From Octopus sinensis (lineage: Eukaryota), in assembly GCF_006345805.1 (NCBI RefSeq), contig NC_043019.1, forward strand, positions 7,687,360 through 7,751,359: DNA of 64,000 nucleotides, read 5' to 3'. Positions 11,949-24,793 of this stretch are shown piece after piece. Under the pieces are notes generated by a model. The model saw nothing but the letters and a program-made list of their open reading frames with translations, had not been told where the DNA came from and did no database searches. How positions within the stretch are numbered: position 1 is the stretch's first letter; each line of letters begins with the position of its first letter. A program made the translations under genes and the position numbers.

Positions 11949-12454
11949 AAAAGCAAGGAGAAAACATGAGAAGAAAATAAGACAGAAGAAACATAACATT
12001 GATTTCAAATTTTGGCACAAGGCCTGCAGTTTCAGGGGAGGCGTGATGTCGATTGCAGACACCTACACTCAAATGGTTCTTATTTTATCGACCCCCGAAA
12101 CGATAAAGGGTAACGTTGATCTCCGCAGAATTTGAACTCAGAACATCAAGATGGGAGGAACAAGCTAAGCATTTCGTCTAGCATTCTATCAATTCTCTCT
12201 TCTGGTCGCTTTAAGAAGAAAGAGAATATTCAGAGTGACTTGTAGTTCGGAGTTTCATTTCTTGCTCCCAAAACGATGAAACCGGGTTTCGATGTGGATA
12301 GAATTTCAGCTCATTACGGAGAGACATAGCACCAACTCCCCAATTCCACAAAGCTCTCAGTCCAATGCTTTTACAGGAGAATCGATTTTCACACACACAT
12401 GTGCACACACACACACACCTCTGTGTGTGTAAGTGTACTCCTTGGTGTATATAT

Positions 12455-12485
<31 letters not shown>

Positions 12486-12913
12486 CATGTGTATGTATAT
12501 ATGTATATATACATACATATATACATATATATGCATACACACACATATATATACGTGCATACATACACATATATGCATATATACACACACATATGTATAT
12601 ATAATGTGTGTATGCATGTGTGTGTATATGTCTATAATGTAATTAAGTGTGTTTGGATATATAGACCACACGTACATATTAACGCAGACACATGTATGTA
12701 AGAGCTTTTTAATATTTATTAAAATAAAACATGATTCATTTACTTGTTCTATGCCTACAGTAAAATCGTCTAGTCTCTGTCAGTTTATTGAGATTAATAT
12801 CTCGATTCGAACACATATGTTCACGTTAATATACACACGTATGTATATATCATACGCACATACATGCCCACAAACATACGTACACACATGTATGTTTACA
12901 AACAAAGACAGTC

Positions 12914-12981
<68 letters not shown>

Positions 12982-13734
12982 TAATAGTAATAGTAATGAT
13001 AATGTTAATAATTCATTTATTGGCTATCGGCGGATGTATATATGTATACAACAATAAAATAATCTGCAAACAAAGTTATATATAATCGATGTAAAGGTGC
13101 GAAGTGAAGTTGTAACACAATAAACAGATTAGAATGAAATAAAATTTAGATTTGAACATAAAAATATTGTAAAACACAATAATTATCACAGAATATAATA
13201 TTATAATATAAAACAAAATTGGAAATTATGTGTTTCTGGCACCACCTAGGTGAAAAAGTAACAGTCGTCTGCCACACGACGGTGTTCGAATTGCTGTGGC
13301 TTCACTGATTTTCTGGTAGGATGTGTGTGTGTGCGTGTGTACGTGAATGTTATTTATGCACGTCTACAAATTAGCACGCATATCGCTCCAATTTTAGGAG
13401 GACATTCGTCATGATCCTAGCTGTATTTTCGTCCACTTATTTTCCCCAGAGACACCAGCGAAAAGTAGTAAAAGGAATTTTCAGCCAATATTTAACAATT
13501 TTCAAGTCAGAGTAATCACCATTGTTTGCAAACAGGAGTTAAGTCCCCTTCTAGCGAGGAGTAAGTTTTTGTTAAGGCTTGTTTATTTTTCTGTCTCGGA
13601 AAAAAATGCATCACACACACACACACACACACATGGACATGTATGCTTACAGAAAACATGTATGCAATAAGTCTACGTACCTATGTGTGTGTCTGTGTAG
13701 CGCATATATATATATATATATATACATATATATC

Positions 13735-13855
13735 AGATTTCAACGGATTTCACCCAAATTTGAGGTGGATGTTACTTAGTTTGGTTTGAAATAAAGAACT
13801 TGATTCGCTTAATAATCCTAACTTAATCCCGGGTAAAGCCGTGTTATACTGCTAG
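13735..13855 (+). mobile_element. Helitron 3' end fragment
   Basis: CCCGGGTAAAGCCGTGTTATACTGCTAG|T, similar to the end at 24291-24318; 5' boundary uncertain. Confidence 0.5.
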
Positions 13856-14862
13856 TTTCAATATATTTTCTGATTCTACGATGAAGGAAAGTTTCATAAT
13901 TTCGTGCTTAAACATACTTTATATATATATATACGAACTCTCTCATGCACCAAATGGCAATTGCTAAAAAGCATTCGTGAAGTAAAATTATGTAGCAACA
14001 CCAAATGGCGGTGCCCCAGCATGGCCACTGCTCGTGAGCTGAAAGTAGATAAAATAAAATAACAAATATTTAAAAAATAAGGCAAGTTGGTGTGTGACTC
14101 AATACAAAACAAAACCGTAGTACTTTCAAACGATCTGCAGGTCTAATGTCAATAAAGACGGAATGCAAACACGCTTTATCCCGAGGTAAACCTCCTAAAA
14201 TTTCCTTGCTTTTCTTTGAATAATTATACAGATACAGTTTGGTTTGTATTGAGTCTTTTCAACGTAAACAAACTAGCGCCAGTGCTAAATACCAAACTTG
14301 GAATTTACCTGAAATACTTTGAAGTTTAATGCAATGCATTATGCCTATATATTACTATACATTACTTTCCCCACGAGACATTTTGTGATTATATATATAT
14401 GATACGCAATACAATACTTACGTATGTGGAGAACATTAATACATAATAAAGCAACAAAAAAAGTTTTGTCACGACATTATGGCGTAGAAACGAACGAGTC
14501 GAAGAAAGAAAAACGATCGTGCTTTACAGAAAGAAATGCATTTGATAATTTGATACCATTCCATACACTCGGATATTGCTTATATATATATATATATATA
14601 TATTAAATAATGAGGGTAGAAATTGATATTAATCGATTAAAACGAGTGGTTTAGCATATTTAAGAAATCCGAAGATTAACAATTATATTACATACAGAAT
14701 TAAGAGGAATGACCACCAACGTGGACTCCTAAAACGCTAGATATAGACGTCAAACTGCCTAACCACGAAGAATGTGTTTGGAAGAAAAAAAATTCAGTAA
14801 AACGACAGATTGTAAAAATGAGCAAGGCAAATGAAAATATACGAAATGCAAAAAACTATTAC

Positions 14863-14928
14863 CTACATACCAATGGTTTCGCTTCTTAATATTTACGCAT
14901 GTAACTATCTGCAGGCTCATCAGCGTAG
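14863..14928 (-). ncRNA. Type I hammerhead ribozyme (third family)
   Basis: Minus strand: CTACG-CTGATGA-GC...GC-GAAA-CCATTGG-TA|TGTAG. Stem I has 5 bp including G.U, the core is intact, and stem II has only 2 clear bp. Confidence 0.6.
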
Positions 14929-16831
14929 TCTGTCGTTTACAAAACGTAATTTCCAGAGCTAGACACACAACGCACATGTATAAAGTTTTGCAAATTATAT
15001 TTGGTGTATTTTTCGAATGTCTTCATTTTGGAGCGCTGAGACCGGAAATAACTCTGCAGTTAATAAATTTCTGCAGCTAATTTACCGGTTAGAGAACATC
15101 GTTATTTAAAAATTAAATAATAAGCGTCTTACTGAAGCAAACAACAAATTCCACTGCTGTCGACATTGCCTTTCGACCTTTCGGGGTCGATAAAATAATT
15201 ATCAGTTTAACATGGGGGGCAATGAAATCGACTTAATCCCCTCTCCCAGGTTGTCCTTGTGGCAAAAATTTGAAATTATTATTCTTACTATTCTTAGCGT
15301 TTTTCGTTTTGATTATTTATTTATTTATTTATTTCCTTTATCATTTGCATCATTCCTGTTTTGTTCTGCTCTGTAAATTGCTAAAAGTGTGTTGCTAGTT
15401 TGTCCGTTTGGGAATTTAGTTTTGTCGATTTTCTTACAAGTTGTTGCCGAATTGACCTCCACCCCAAGGTGCTCGTTGCTTCTATTGTTCTCACTCCAAT
15501 GGGGCTATACATTTGAGAGGAATTTTTATTTAACAGAAATTTTCAAAACATAAATATGAACGATAAATTTGGCAGCCGACCAACGAGACAGAATGGTGTC
15601 AGGAAGAACAGTAGAAGCAACAGGAAACCTCCCATTCGCGTCTTGCAATGACGACGACGACAACGACGATCTTCACTCATTTAGGCGCCATTACAACCAG
15701 AACTACCACCACCGAATAAGTGGCGGTTGAAGTGGTAAGGGTTTGTAGAAAACAAATAGAACAATAAGAATGAAGGAAAAATAATTAAGAACAGTTACTC
15801 TGAAGGCGGGGAGAGCCACAATAAGAGATATGAGTTCTGTAGTAATGAGGGCAACGATGTGTCGACCGAATATTTGTAAAAGTCACCTTCCCTATTGGAA
15901 CTGACTCTTTGGGGCTGGTTTCCCGGTTTTTATCTAGCGGGAAAATTCCGCGCCTGGATGGGACACCGGTCCATCGTACGGTTACTCATTTTTGCCAGCG
16001 AAGTGAACTGAAGCCAGGTGAAATGAAGTGTTTTGCTCAAGAGCATAACGTATAAACCAATCGAGAAATCGAAACCACAACCTTACGATCATGAGTCCGA
16101 CATCCTAACCACTTTGCTACGAGTCTCAACTCGACTGAATATTGCAGTCGCAACACGGTACATCATTACTAACATCAACAACATTTTCTAAGCAGCAGCC
16201 GGCAAAATGACCCTCAGTAGTAATTATATTAACAAGAACTGTTAGTAAGATGGGAAATGAGAATGTCAAGTGAAGGCGCGTATCTTTGTGGTTAGGGCAT
16301 TCGCCCACAATCGTAAGGTCATGAGTTCGATTCCCATCGGCGTGTTGTCTGCTTCAGTAAGGCGCTTTAGTTCACGATGCTTCCAGCCACTAAGCTGGCA
16401 AATATGAGCAGTATTTATATTATAAGGGTCCAGCCTGATCACATCCTGGATCTTCCTGAAATTACTTTAAGGTTTCCGCGGAAGTGCGCAGCCAATTGCA
16501 CATCAACATTACGAGCAGGCTTTTCCGTTGATGGGGTCAACTCGAACCCTCGTCGTCGTAACCGACGGATCGTCAGTAGCAGAGGAGAATATCACCCAAA
16601 GGGCACCAAATCTCATACATGTAATGCGCCAAGGACACTATTCAAACGAAACGTAGAAAAAAAATCGTTTTAACTAACCATCGACTGGAAATCGACACAA
16701 AGAAACAGCCCTGGATACCAACGGCCCTGGGAACCATAAACCAACTGAAGAAGCATCACAATTTTGTCATGTGTAATATAAAGGTATTATAGAAAGGAGG
16801 GCATCGGTTTCCTCTCAAACACCAAGATGCC

Positions 16832-17100
16832 AATTTGAACTCAGAACGTAGCGGCAGACGAAATACCTATTTCTTTACTACCCACAAGGGGCTAAACACA
16901 GAGAGGACAAACAAGGACAGACAAACGGATTAAGTCGATTACACCGACCCCAGTGCGTAACTGGTACTTAATTTATCGACCCCGAAAGGATGAAAGGCAA
17001 AGTCGACCTTGGCGGAATTTGAACTCAGAACGTAACGGCAGACGAAATACCGCTAAGCATTTCGCCCGACGTGCTAACGATGTTGCCAGCTCGCCGCCTT
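16832..17100 (-). mobile_element. tRNA-derived SINE (family 2), full plus partial tandem copy
   Basis: Reverse complement GGCGGCGAGCTGGCA..CGTTAGCACG...GTTCTGAGTTCAAATTCCGCC..GGTCGACTTTGCC. Other pieces near 9990-10170, 12060-12210, 30540-30660, 37840-37990 and 56215-56330. Confidence 0.85.
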
Positions 17101-17344
17101 CGAACGACCATGTAGATATTCTGTCTCAGATAAGTGGTGTTTTTTTCCTGTTACTGTAATCATCCGGTATATAGTCAAAGACGTTCTAGTTATGACAATC
17201 CTGTGTTTTGTTTGATAATCTTCCCCCATTTGTATTATTAAAGATGGCCTGGTGAAGATTGGGGAAGATATATCGCGGATTTATGATTACAGATATTTCA
17301 CCCGCCGCAATGGATATTTTGTCCTTTCTATAATAAACGAGTGA

Positions 17345-17656
17345 GGGCGCGTGGCTTAGTGGTTAGGGCATTCGGCTCATGATCGTAGGTTGTGAGTTCG
17401 ATTCCCGGCGACGCGTTGTGTCCTTGGAGACACTTATTTCACGTTGCTCCAGTCCACTCAGCTGGCAAAATGAGTTGTACTTGTATTTCAAAGGGTCAGC
17501 CTTGTCACTCTCTGTGTCACGATGATTATCCCCGAGAACTACGTTAAGGGTACACGTGTCTGTGGAATGCTCAGCCATTTGCACGTTAATTTCACGAGCA
17601 AGCTGTTCCGTTGATCGTATCAGCTGGGACCCTCGTCGTCGTAACCGGCGGAGTCT
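17345..17656 (+). mobile_element. tRNA-derived SINE (family 3)
   Basis: A box TGGCTTAGTGG, B box GAGTTCGATTCCC, 3' CCCTCGTCGTCGTAACCG. Related copies at 16274-16575 (+), 15900-16125 (-) and 3710-4020 (-). Confidence 0.85.
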
Positions 17657-18489
17657 TTAAAGATAATAAACGAAAATACAGAATTCCTTTCCAGGGAATT
17701 TTACCTACTGTTTCTAGCAATGTGAGTAAATTTACATAGTTTCCTCATTGACATGTAGAGACTTGGACAGACATATTTTTAGTAAACTAGGATACCATTT
17801 TGTTTCATAACAATAAACGATATCCCACATGAAATATTATATATCAAAGACATTCGATATTGTGCAAATCATTATTTCAAATGCAAATTTCTTTTAAGTC
17901 AATAAATATGAAACAACTGGTTGTATTGGTTGCTATGTCACGAGGATACATATTTCATTACACGAAGCATTGATAATAACAGGTAATGATTTCTACGAAG
18001 CGAAGTCTCTTCTGCTACCATTACAGAGTTTGGCGAAAATCTGTGAAGCTTCGGACACAGAACTTTACCGTATTTAGGGCACGTCACTTCACGTTCTCAG
18101 TTCAAATTTCGCCAGCGCAAGAATTGATCTTTCATTATTTCCGGTTCGATCAGTTATGTATTGGGGTCGATGTCATTCACTTACTCCTCCCTTCAAATTG
18201 CTGGAATTGTGCCAGAATTTTAAAATTATTATTACTATTCTGGTTGTCATTGTCTTCTGCTTTTATTGTTGTTGTTGTGAGCGGTATTTGACCGCAGGTT
18301 TTGTAATACGATTAAATCTCACCCAACTCGAAGAAACAATTAATAAGAACCAGTTGAGTATTATGGTCTGTCTAACCAAGAATGACAAATCCATGTGTCT
18401 CAGAAGATTATTGTTCTCCTACGTCCCGCCTATGTTGGTTCAGCCAGCTTGGTCCAGATCAGAGATAACCTCTCTGAGGACTTCATCAT

Positions 18490-19290
18490 CAGGACACGAT
18501 GTTTCACAAGGAGATATGGTTTTCCCTCTCCTGTTCAATGTTATCATTGACGTCACCATACAGCAGTTTTGGGACGGAAAAGGGGCGTACAATTCGAAGC
18601 CAGCTGATCTGGGACCGACATCATTTTCATCACAACAGTTCCATCTTCGCCGCCTGTGACGTCAACGCTATGCATATCTCGTACAAGATCGATCACATCG
18701 CTCAGCTTTATGGCTTGAAAATCAACGAGGACAAGATGAATGATCACATAATAGATGGCGTCTTGACGGCATTTAGTTTGGGCAGGACCGGGAGTTCAAA
18801 TATCTCGGCCTCACTGGATGCGGAGTTACAATTTGTATTGCAATCGACTCTGCGACTTCTGCGATTGTCTACCTTCGATGGTGTATCTAGAGGAAATCCA
18901 AATTCTCCTTAAGCACCAAGATCAGTCTTTTCCGCCGTTGGTTCTGCCTGTGTTCCTCAGCAGTGAGGAGACAGGGACCATCCTCAAATAAGCTACAAAC
19001 CAGTGCATTCATCAGATCCTTCGTGTCTCTGTACGCGATCGGTTCTCAAAGGAGAGCACTCGTAAAAACATATGCTAGAAGCAGCAGCCGACCATTCATG
19101 ACGAAGTACAACGGTGCAGGCTACAGTGGATTGACCACGTCTGTAGGAAGGGCTCTGGAAGATAACCACACTAACGTTTGTAACGGCAGCGACCCACGCA
19201 CTGGAGAATCTAGCTCAGCGCACCAAGAAAGACAGCGCCTTGAACTCGTATATGCTAAGGCCGGTGCCATTGATCGAAAAACGTGAAATA
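18490..19290 (+). mobile_element. RTE-like LINE reverse transcriptase remnant
   Basis: QGDMVFPLLFNVIID (RT domain 4) and YGLKINEDK (domain 6), with frameshifts. Confidence 0.7.
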
Positions 19291-20244
19291 TCATCATCAC
19301 TAGAGTCTGTGATCTAGCGGTACCCATAGCCTTCCCCACTCAACTATCAAATTTGAAGTGACAGAGAAATCGTTGAAAAAATTTTATTAATGGTAATTGT
19401 TTTGCTGAGCCATGAAAGCCTTTCTTCCGGTTGTGGCATTCTGATTTCAATTCCCGTCGGAGTCAAATTTGCCCCTCATTCTTCAGGATTTATTTTAGTT
19501 GTCTGAAAATACTGACCAAAATTATTGTCCTTTAATTGCGAGAGAAATTAATTCACTCCCTTAGATTTTGTTCCAAGTTCGATTCCCCCTGTAACGTGAT
19601 CGAAATACACAATTCCCTTTCGAGTTTGCTAGGGTACTACGAGGAAAGGACTGTAGACGATTTCTTCAAATATTTAACCAATTCAAATATATATTTGACA
19701 TTGCAACAACATATGTAAAACAAACTTTATTTTGCTTTTTAGAAGTCTTATCTGTATAATATATGACATTGTCTTGTTTGCACTAAAACAGCATGGTCGC
19801 TAAAAGGTTGGATGATAAAACATTAGATAAATTATAGCATTCTCAGTTCGAATTTCAACGATGTCGTCCATCCATTCAATTTGATACATAAAAGTATCAT
19901 TCCAGGGCGATGGGTTGCTAGATTTGTTTGGTTTTACGATGAGATGTCTAACGTTATTTTGTTCAATAAATCTGAATTGTGATTTCAAATTTAACCCACA
20001 TAAATGCGATTTTTTTTCGATGAAAATATTTAAGAATTACTCTTTGTCGAGTGGATGCTTATCGAAATTTGAAAACGAATTACGTCGTTTAATGGTTGGC
20101 TCTTTGCGACAGACGATCGAATGGTATCTAGATATTTATATCACTATGGCGATCAGGCTTAACCATCTAACTACGTGACGAGAATTAATTATGAAAACCA
20201 AAACGGTATTGTTTTAGCTATCTGACACTCTTGGCAAGCGATGA

Positions 20245-20278
<34 letters not shown>

Positions 20279-21329
20279 GGTGGTGACTTCGTTCGGAACC
20301 AAATATCATTGAAAGACAGAAACATAAACACGTCAGGAATAATTCCTTGTGGTATTTTATGAAGCGATTTTAAATGTTTGTTCTGATTTCGATTTTGCAT
20401 TTTATTAATCCGGGGGCGATTTGTACCACTATTTTCTGGCTCAAACATTTATGACCTTCTCACTATATTAGAAATGAAACCAATTTTGTAATATTATTAT
20501 ATTATATATTCATGATATTTTCATGTAAGAGAAAATATTCAATCTTATTTTACATTGGAAAATTCTGAGTTGAAACTTGAATCGAACAAAGACTACGTTT
20601 CCGGCAAGTGAATTATCACGATTTTTGACAATTCTCGACATTTCTCTATCTTTGCTGAAGGCGCTCAATTTCTAGCTCTCGTGAAAAATTGTAAAGACGT
20701 ACATCGATTCCTTAAAGAGCTCCCTGCTGTTGGTATATATTTAAACTATAAAAGTATCGCACGATAGTTTTGTGGAATGATAACCCAAGGCAAAGTTAGC
20801 AAATATAAAATGTTCATGCGCAGAAATGAAGCTGTGTGTGTATGAGTGTGCTTGTGTGTGCGTGTGAGAATGTGAATGTGTGTGCGGAAATATATTTCCT
20901 TACTTGATATCGGAAGTTTTCTCATTTCAATCGAAAAGGTAAAGAGAAAAATGAACAAGATCATCAACGAGATATCCACGTATATCCGTGTATTGTTGTC
21001 TCTTAATATATTATTGTTGTTACACGATCTCATTACATTATCATTTCCTAACATAGCTTGAAGTATAACAAGTGGAACCTTTAAGGAAATAGAATATCTC
21101 TCATATACATACAGAAATACACAAATACACACACACACACACATACACACACACACACATACACAGACACACACACACACACACACATGTATATTAAAGT
21201 TAGATAAGGCCGATTCATGTGATTCCTTTAGGTTTCACATTTATAGAGGACTTAAAGGAGCTGCTGCAGTGGCCCCTCACTTGGCATCTGTTGCGATCTC
21301 GGCATGAACATCCCTCCGCTCTGGTCTAG

Positions 21330-22430
21330 TGGTGCTAACAAGAATGCTCTTAATATTGGGTCACAGCGAAAAGGGACCCTAAGGTTGTGCCTGATGAAAA
21401 CGCCTCCCTGAACTAGTGAACTGTTTATCTATGAACCTACGGAATGTCCTAACTACAGACATTTTTACGTTGAGAGAAGAGGTGCGGGATGCAACCAAAA
21501 GATATTTCTGTGGCGCTTCCTTCTACGGATGTTGGGGTCCGGTATATAGGAGATACGGTCTCTAAAACGGCTAGAAGTCACGGCCTCGTTATAGTAAGGG
21601 GTTGTTGCATCAGAAATCTCTTGGCTTGAGGAAAGTTTCGTGATCCTCTTATTAACATCCTTCACCAGGTTTGGAACACCATGGGTTGCTGACAAGAAGC
21701 TCTGTCGATGTACGTTAACTTCTCACTTGACTTGCGGTGGGGCCGGCAATTACCGGAGCCCAAGCTGAACGTGACGTCTAAGAATTTCGCAGTGGTGAGG
21801 TTGGCTTCAATGGTGATTTTTAATCCCACGGAGGCAAGTGTGCTAATTAGATCTTTCCTAAGCTTTTCTAGTGTGTGATCGTTTGCGCCTCAAGAGATTG
21901 CCGAGGCGCCATATCTGTAGAGACCAAAGAAACCAGAGGGGAACTCTTTCTTAAGGATTTCAAGGATATATAACCCGATGAGGTTGCATAGGTCAGTGCT
22001 GTCGTATTCCCCCATTGTTACATCAAAAGAGATCAAGGGATCGGATTGCTTGACCCAGGTCGAAACTTTATTGAACGAGACTATTTTCCTGGCGTGCAAA
22101 ATGACACCTCTATCCCTGTCACTAATGCCACTCATACCCGTTGCGAGGGTAAGAGGGTAAGAGCCTTGACCAGAAACTCTTTAGATATATACGGGAAAAA
22201 ATGTCAAACTGGGCTAATCTTACTCTACCTCTTCCCTTGTTGTTAAACCATGCAGTCACCTCGTTGGTGCCACGAAACAGGGAAATGTCAGCGGTTCTCT
22301 GTACGTCGTTATTGGTTTTTCTCAATTATACGCTTGCTCGCCAGACCCAACTCGGATTTGGCTCGGTTAATCAGGCGGCAGTTAACGTTTCAGGCAAAGT
22401 TCTGTTAAATGATCTTTGATGGTATTCATA
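21330..22430 (-). mobile_element. Penelope-like element reverse transcriptase, decayed
   Basis: Across frameshifts: TIKDH, CRLINRAKSELGLASKRIIEK, AWFNN..AQFDI, FDVTMGEYDSTDLCNLIGLYIL, GLYRYG (YRDDG lost), GLKITIEANL..FLDVTF, RRRKRHRNIFW. These motifs are typical of GIY-YIG PLE RTs. Confidence 0.85.
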
Positions 22431-22437
22431 TGTATTC

Positions 22438-22438
22438 G

Positions 22439-22530
<92 letters not shown>

Positions 22531-22531
22531 C

Positions 22532-22566
<35 letters not shown>
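22438..22566. repeat. (TATC)n microsatellite; similar tracts at 40454-40748, 41770-41960, 43330-43550 and 61620-61730
   Basis: Direct reading. Confidence 0.95.
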
Positions 22567-22568
<2 letters not shown>

Positions 22569-23380
22569 ATGCGGTCAGAGCGACGAAACCGTTCTGCACG
22601 CACTCGTTCAGTGTCCAACAATTTCCGACCTGTGGGCTTATGTCGAACAACTGCTGTCACGTGTTGGACGAGTCGGTTTATCAGCTGAGTCTATCGTCAA
22701 TATTGTCACGCCTCCTTCCTTCAAACGGGAAGGAAGAGCTATTTTCATCATCCTTGTGGCTATGGCGAAAGAATGTATCTGGTGGACGCGTCTGAAAGGA
22801 TTGGAGACAAACACTTTCCTCTCTGGTCAATCTCTCATCAACTTCTTCAAGTACCACTTGAAAAGGAAAGTGAGAGTAGAGAGGCAAGTTTTGTCTAGCG
22901 AATGTTTTAAAAAAAGATGGGTGAATGTAGCAAGAATGGCACGTATGAATGACGAAGCCACCTTGAGCATAGTCCTATGAACCCAGAAATCGAAAACAGA
23001 GAGTTGCTTATTTGCAAAAAAAAAAAAAAAAAAAAAAAGAAATATAAAATGTGACTTCATTGACCGAGGTTACCGTGGTCTTTTCCGTAGGCTTTTCTTT
23101 CCACGGGTAAACCTCACCTGTCCTCCCCTTTACACTTCATATTGACATTTCTGTGATAACGATCCCTATTGATCAATTTTTTTTCCTCTCCCCCCCCTTT
23201 TTTTTTTTTAACACCCCCTTTCTTTTGTCCTCTTTCTCTCCTTTTACGATCCCTTTTGATCGAAACTCCCCCTTCCTTTTTTTTTTTTTTTTTTTAAAAC
23301 CTTCAAAAGAAAAGCTCTACCTTGTAATTTGTTCTATCTGTGTGCAGCCCTGTGTGGCTAATAAAGAAACATATCTATCT
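22567..23380 (+). mobile_element. L1/Tx1-like LINE 3' end (ORF2 C-terminal zinc-finger region plus 3' UTR) in (TATC)n
   Basis: GQSDETVLHALVQCPTISDLW...LVAMAKECIWWTRLK...* (stop 22978-22980); 3' UTR ends AATAAAGAAAC-ATATCTATC. Confidence 0.75.
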
Positions 23381-23408
23381 TTCTTTGTTTCGCTCTCTGT
23401 CTCTCTAC

Positions 23409-23452
<44 letters not shown>

Positions 23453-23920
23453 ATATATAAAAACATACAAAATGGGACAAGAACGCAAAACATCTGGAAA
23501 ACTAGGTGATACAAAAAGGGACAACAAAACATCCAGATAGACGATACAACAAAAAAAAAAAACACGGACGGGACATTTTATCTTCAGTCAAGTATCATCC
23601 TCGCAATTTCGGCTGATTAATCTTGAGATTGCTCCAATCTGGCCAGCCCCAAGGAAAAACTAAGCTAAGAGCATATATATATATATGGCCTGCTCGCTTA
23701 GCCTGCGGGGTGGCGTCATTCGAAGGCTAAAACAACGCGAACGCATTGTGACCAGCGATGTGTAACAACATCTAATGATCTGGTCGGTCACGTGATCACG
23801 TGATATAAATATATGAACCCTGCGCATTCTCTCACTTCTTATAACGAATATGTCAGATCGCCGAAGTCTCTAGTTAATATGATATGTATATAATTGTGCA
23901 TGTAACCTCTATGAGAAATA

Positions 23921-24318
23921 TCTTTATATATAAAAGTCAAGTTGTGTGTCTGTCTCCTACGATTTAGATTCCTAACTACTTCCACAGTTTGCGGTGCAGT
24001 TTAACCAAAAGCGGGTATCTTATAGTCGTGATTCATATCGAGCCCTTCTGGGTATTAGCGCGCGTCTACGATGAGTCTACGATTTTAAAAATAATTTAAC
24101 ATCATTTGTTTCCATTTTAATGCATCTTTTTCGCTATTATATAAGGGAAGTAACTCTCTAAAAATGTCTACGATGAGTCAACGATTTAAAAAAAAATTTA
24201 CCATAATTTGTTTTCCATTTTTAATGCATTTTTTTGCTATTTTTGTGTTATAACTCACTAAAAATGCTTTATAGTTATTTCCCTTACAAACCCGAGCAAC
24301 GCCGGGCGATACTGCTAG
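23921..24318 (+). mobile_element. Non-autonomous Helitron
   Basis: 5' A|TC start, 3' hairpin CCCGAGCAACGCCGGG followed by CGATACTGCTAG|T; inserted between A and T, no TSD. Confidence 0.8.
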
Positions 24319-24751
24319 TTAGAAATAAGATTTACTCCGTTTGACACATCTCTCAAACACATACATTACCTGCTGCAGCACGAATAACTTACAATGCGGG
24401 CAGCGGTTTATATTTATAGAAGTGTTAGGCCAGCATGAAGACTGATATATTCTGTATTGAAATTATTGATAAATTTATGTTCATACCGAATGATTGGTTC
24501 TGATCAATAAAACTGAGAGTTAAAAAGCAACTAAAATAGCTGAAGCAACGAATGATGTAACTGGAAATGTTAAACATTGGCGCAGGCGTGGCGGTGTGGT
24601 AAAACCTTTTCTTCCCAATCACATGGATCAGGGTTCAGTTCCACCGAGAGGCGACATGGGCAACTGCCTTCTTCAAGAGCCTCAGGCATACCAAAGGCTT
24701 GCAAGTGGATATGGTAGACAGAAATTGATAGCATCGTATCTTATATATATA

Positions 24752-24790
<39 letters not shown>

Positions 24791-24793
<3 letters not shown>

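Noticed and set aside
17345-17415. Possible genuine tRNA gene
   Set aside because: A/B boxes are present but it continues into a multi-copy SINE body, with no complete acceptor stem.
20585-20710. Two overlapping hammerhead-like half motifs
   Set aside because: Neither strand gives core plus all three stems, and the arms are not homologous.
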